This document shows positions 60,141 through 64,000 of a DNA stretch of 64,000 nt, piece after piece (position 1 is the first letter of the stretch; every line of letters begins with the position of its first letter). Position numbers and translations under genes: made by a program. This DNA comes from Armatimonadota bacterium (GTDB lineage Bacteria; Vulcanimicrobiota; JACPDS01; JBDRKI01): the NCBI GenBank assembly GCA_043814095.1, contig JBDRKI010000037.1:1-64000 (forward strand). Reading direction: 5' to 3'. A model generated the notes under the pieces. It worked only from the letters and a program-made list of their open reading frames with translations. It did not search any database and was not told the DNA's origin.

Positions 60141-61169
60141 ATGATGAGAAATAAATTATGGATTACCGCATTTATTTTACTTATCTTTTTTGCAGTAATA
60201 AGTACCACTGCATTCGCACAACCCCGCGAGCAGAATGCGGTCTACAAAAATTCTATCTGGCGCGTTGTTCTTAATAAGGATCATACACTGTTATGTTACG
60301 GGGCGGGTTACGGCAACTGGCTGCCTAACAAAAGTATTGTTATCGCGACCGGTGTTGATAATTTCTGGACTGACGGCTCATGGCGGGGTCCTGTTATAGT
60401 TTTCCAGAAAGGAAAAGTTTTTTACGCCACTGTACGCCAGTATGACAGCGGCAGGGATCTTATTGCGGGAAAGATATACAGCGGTGATGACGTGAATTCC
60501 ATAAATGTTAACGGCAGGATTTACGGCGCGTATATACAGATCATATTAAATAACGGGAAACGGATAAACTGGTCAATATGGCAGTATCCGGGCCTTCCCG
60601 GAAAGCTTGAAAAAGGCGAAGAAGTTATGGGAGAGCCCCCGGTTACAAACCTTCCTCCGCCTGCAGGCATTCTTCCATCAAAACCCGCGGATGCTAAAAA
60701 GCTTCTGGGCGGAGAATTAAAGAAAGTTCATTATTTTAATTATGACGGCAGGTGGGTAAACCTTTCGGATGTTGCCAAAGGCAAATCAAAGGTAGTAATC
60801 TGCACTAACAATAAATACGGGGGTACAGCAGAAGTGCTTCTCTGGCTTACTTTTAACCGGCCTGCTAAATTTACCATGTCGGAATATAATTTTCCCACCA
60901 AAGATAAAAACTATGGTGAACAGGCAAAGCTTAAGTTTATAGAACTGGACAGAAAAGATCTTGAAAAGAATAAAAACGATAAGGATGTAAAACCCTTTTA
61001 TAATATGCTTAAAGAAGCTCCTTATGTGTACATGATAAAAATAGAAGCGTTTGATCACGGTTATATGAGCGCTTACACAGTTAATTTCGGAGCGCCCTGC
61101 ACTTCTGCGGCAGGTTCGGCGAAGCTTGATGACAGCGCCGTATACAGGGCAATGATAGGGAGTTGGTAA
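60141..61169 (+). CDS. Secreted hypothetical protein with two domains and a Pro-rich linker
   Basis: Signal peptide ending AFA|Q; PPVTNLPPPAGILPSKP linker. Confidence 0.75.
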   Translation: MMRNKLWITAFILLIFFAVISTTAFAQPREQNAVYKNSIWRVVLNKDHTLLCYGAGYGNWLPNKSIVIATGVDNFWTDGSWRGPVIVFQKGKVFYATVRQYDSGRDLIAGKIYSGDDVNSINVNGRIYGAYIQIILNNGKRINWSIWQYPGLPGKLEKGEEVMGEPPVTNLPPPAGILPSKPADAKKLLGGELKKVHYFNYDGRWVNLSDVAKGKSKVVICTNNKYGGTAEVLLWLTFNRPAKFTMSEYNFPTKDKNYGEQAKLKFIELDRKDLEKNKNDKDVKPFYNMLKEAPYVYMIKIEAFDHGYMSAYTVNFGAPCTSAAGSAKLDDSAVYRAMIGSW

Positions 61170-61184
61170 AAATAAGGAGGCCGT

Positions 61185-61592
61185 ATGCCGGCAAAACAGG
61201 TTCTGCCTAAAGACAGAAATTTAATTTCATACTGCGGGCTTGATTGCTCGCAGTGTGTTATTCATACTACTGATATCTCGGGAAAGGCAAAAGCGCTGCG
61301 CAGGGAGCTACGTTCGGCTAAAGCGAAAAAGTTCTGGGGCGATATCCCGTTTCTGGGTGAGTATGGGCCGTTTAAGAAATCTCTGGACGGTCTGGCAATG
61401 CTCAGATGTGTTAAATTATGCAGGGGAGGGGGCAGTAATCCGTGGTGCAAAATAAGGAAGTGCTGTCAAAGAAAAAAAATCTGGTCCTGCGCTGAATGTG
61501 AAGAAATGTTAACCTGCACTAAGCTTGAGCCTATTACTAAAGGTTATAAAGGCAAGAATCTTAAAATACTTAAAGTCCTGCGGAAGAAATAA
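61185..61592 (+). CDS. DUF3795 family Cys-rich protein
   Basis: YCGLDCSQC...C...CR...CKIRKCC.......CAEC. Confidence 0.85.
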   Translation: MPAKQVLPKDRNLISYCGLDCSQCVIHTTDISGKAKALRRELRSAKAKKFWGDIPFLGEYGPFKKSLDGLAMLRCVKLCRGGGSNPWCKIRKCCQRKKIWSCAECEEMLTCTKLEPITKGYKGKNLKILKVLRKK

Positions 61593-61597
61593 TTATA

Positions 61598-62410
61598 ATG
61601 AAGAATAAAATGAAAATTTCAATAGCGCAAACGGATGTCCTAAGAGCTGATCCGGAAGAGAACCTAAAGAAAAGCGAATCATATATTAAAAGAGCCGCAG
61701 AGAGCGGCTCTGAACTTATATGTTTTCCAGAGATGTGGCTTACCGGTTTTGACTGGAAGTTTAATGAAGAATTTGCGCATAAGAATAAAGATATTGTAAA
61801 TATAATAGGATCTATGGCAAAGGAAAATAATATATGGATTAACGGCACAATGCCCGGGCTTGATGAAGAAAGTAACGTTTCTAATACTTCGATGCTGTTT
61901 GATAATAAAGGTGAACGCGTTGCAGTTTACAGGAAAACACATCTTTTCAGTTATATGCATGAAGATAAACATACCGCTAAAGGTACATATTTAACTCTTG
62001 CAGATACTCCGTGGGGGAAAATAGGGTTATCGGTATGTTATGATATAAGGTTTCCGGAACTTTTCAGAACATATGCTTTAAAAGGCGCAAGATTGATTTT
62101 ATCTCCCATGGCGTTCCCGTATCCCCGTCTTTCGCACTGGAAGATACTTGTGCGGGCCCGCGCCATAGAGAACCAGCTTTTTATGGTTGGAGTAAATCAA
62201 GTGGGGGATGAAGATTTCGGCAAATACGGCAAGGTAACATATTTCGGCTCATCTGTTATTGTAGACCCCTGGGGTGAGACTGTTATAGAAGCAGAGGAGA
62301 AAGAAGAAGAACTTCTTTCAACTGAAATAGATTTATCTCTTTCGGATGAGATAAGAAATAAAATGAAAGTATTATCTGACCGCAGGCCGGAGCTGTATGA
62401 ACTGGGTTAA
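61598..62410 (+). CDS. Carbon-nitrogen hydrolase (nitrilase superfamily amidase)
   Basis: FPEMW, YRKTHLF, VCYDIRFPE catalytic triad; RARAIENQ; RRPELY. Confidence 0.92.
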   Translation: MKNKMKISIAQTDVLRADPEENLKKSESYIKRAAESGSELICFPEMWLTGFDWKFNEEFAHKNKDIVNIIGSMAKENNIWINGTMPGLDEESNVSNTSMLFDNKGERVAVYRKTHLFSYMHEDKHTAKGTYLTLADTPWGKIGLSVCYDIRFPELFRTYALKGARLILSPMAFPYPRLSHWKILVRARAIENQLFMVGVNQVGDEDFGKYGKVTYFGSSVIVDPWGETVIEAEEKEEELLSTEIDLSLSDEIRNKMKVLSDRRPELYELG

Positions 62411-64000
62411 ATATCCAGCAGTGTGATTACGCCGTGAACTTTCTCCGGCGGGAATTCGTAGAACTGTACTACTTTAGGTGTTAATCTCTTTATTATATTA
62501 AAGATTTTATAGAATATATCATGTGTATGAATTTCTTCAATTCCGTAAAAGATTATTCTTTCATTTACGCTGTGTTTTTCAAGAATTTCTTCAACATTTA
62601 TTACTTCCATATACCCCAGTTTTATATAAAGGGCTTTAAGGCCCGGGGCAATATCTTCTGTAAATTCAACATCCAGACCGAACGGTTTATCCGTGACTTT
62701 TATCTCACACCCTATATTCTCCTGGTAGATAATGCCTTGTTTAAACATTACATTCGGAATATAGGTAGGTAGGTTTGCAAAATCATCCGAGATGAATATA
62801 GCCGTGCCTGTTATTTTAGGCGCGCTTTCATATACCTGATTATATTCAGATAAAAAAGCCTGGGATTTAACAGGTTTGAGCGCTTTACGTACTGCATTCT
62901 GGCCTGCTGTATAAAGCAGTATTACACTTAACGGTATAAGCGCAAGTATTATGGATATATATCCTCCGTGCGGTATCTTATGGAAGTTGGCTATTAAAAA
63001 TGCTATATCAACCACTGTTACAAATAAAGACAGGAAAGCGTAAAGCGGTTCTTTCTTTAAGGAGTATATCCATAACAGCATTAATCCGGTGATAACCATG
63101 GTTACATTAACCGAAAACCCGTATGCTACTGCCATACGGCCTGATTCCTTGAATAATAATAACATTACGGTAACACATATGAATAAAAACCAGTTTATAG
63201 ATCCTATATATATTTGGGAGTGCATCTTTTTTGAAGTATGATCTATTCTTAAGCGCGGCAGGATGTTGGTATTTATAGCCTGATATACAATGGAAAACAT
63301 CGCGCTTAACATTGCCTGTGAAGCTATTACCGTAGCGCATATGGCCAGTATAAGGAAGGGTATGTAAAATAATACTGATTGAGCGTGAATCATTCCGAAG
63401 AGCATGCTTTTTGTTCCGGGATTTTTCATAAGGTGGGCTCCCTGGCCCAAGTAGCACAGTACAAGGCATATAAAAACGAAATGCCAGGCGCGTTTAATTG
63501 AGTTTTTACCCAGGTGTCCCATATCCGCGTAAAGAGCCTCACCTCCGGTTACGCAGAGTATTACTTCGCAAAGAACAAGAAATCCTAAGAGTTTGTTTTT
63601 TGCAAAGAAGGCGAAAGCGTGTCCCGGACTTACTGCACCCAGGATACTGGGAAACTGTATTATGGATATTATTCCGGTAATACCGAGGATAAGGAACCAT
63701 ATGCCCATTACAGGGCTGAAGAATTTAGCGACTTTATCGGTCCCTTTACTCTGGAAGAAGAATATTAAGAATGTAATAACCACAGAGATCAATATCACAT
63801 TGCTAAGCGGCATATTATGGAATTTGGGCATTAGCTTTATTCCTTCAACCGCGCTTAATATGGATATCGCCGGAGTTATGATGCCGTCTCCGATTAAGAA
63901 TGAAAGCCCTATAAAAGAAAGTATGGTAATAATGCGTATCTGGCGTTTGGACTTAAGAAGCTTTCTTAAAACTTCCCTCAGTATGATTATGCCGCCTTCA
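62407..64000 (-). CDS. kup: KUP/HAK/KT potassium transporter, 5'-partial (runs off the window)
   Basis: Frame stays open upstream of 63831 (EGG...GDGIITPAISILSAVEG); TGGEALYADMGH, IASQA, HTS...QIYI. Confidence 0.93.
   Translation of the reverse strand, partial: EGGIIILREVLRKLLKSKRQIRIITILSFIGLSFLIGDGIITPAISILSAVEGIKLMPKFHNMPLSNVILISVVITFLIFFFQSKGTDKVAKFFSPVMGIWFLILGITGIISIIQFPSILGAVSPGHAFAFFAKNKLLGFLVLCEVILCVTGGEALYADMGHLGKNSIKRAWHFVFICLVLCYLGQGAHLMKNPGTKSMLFGMIHAQSVLFYIPFLILAICATVIASQAMLSAMFSIVYQAINTNILPRLRIDHTSKKMHSQIYIGSINWFLFICVTVMLLLFKESGRMAVAYGFSVNVTMVITGLMLLWIYSLKKEPLYAFLSLFVTVVDIAFLIANFHKIPHGGYISIILALIPLSVILLYTAGQNAVRKALKPVKSQAFLSEYNQVYESAPKITGTAIFISDDFANLPTYIPNVMFKQGIIYQENIGCEIKVTDKPFGLDVEFTEDIAPGLKALYIKLGYMEVINVEEILEKHSVNERIIFYGIEEIHTHDIFYKIFNIIKRLTPKVVQFYEFPPEKVHGVITLLDI

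Noticed and set aside
63829-63831. ATG 63831 as the kup start
   Set aside because: The frame is open to the window edge and includes the conserved GDGIITPAIS motif upstream.

Overview
Low-GC bacterial chromosomal window with about 54 protein-coding loci. I found no rRNA, tRNA, CRISPR array, transposase or integrase. The organism is probably a diderm (OprD-type porin with a C-terminal Phe) that relies heavily on SigH-like promoters. Pilin-like 'CxxNxKNxxxAxEMYxxD' domains and 'INWP...SKLIP' lipoproteins suggest Armatimonadota/Ca. Eremiobacterota (inference, not tested). Housekeeping and metabolic genes (typA, lysC-lysA, treS, tag, tnaA, kup, POT/APC transporters, KynB-like cyclase, nitrilase) are mixed with many envelope proteins. 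Main observations: (1) a dispersed four-gene regulon sharing an AAAAATACTCC-N4-GACCTATATT box exactly 29 nt before a -10 hexamer, driving orphan signal-peptide-less proteins, two of them glycine-zipper paralogs (candidate effector/toxin regulon); (2) six IPT/TIG lipoproteins whose first-strand/basic-loop and C-terminal-strand pattern resembles a type V pilus-like donor-strand system, with a double caspase-fold lipoprotein protease in the same window; (3) a 15 x 102-aa repeat surface protein; (4) headless pilin-like Cys/His domains; (5) a decayed HigB-like toxin with an intact operator; (6) three genes broken by single-base lesions.
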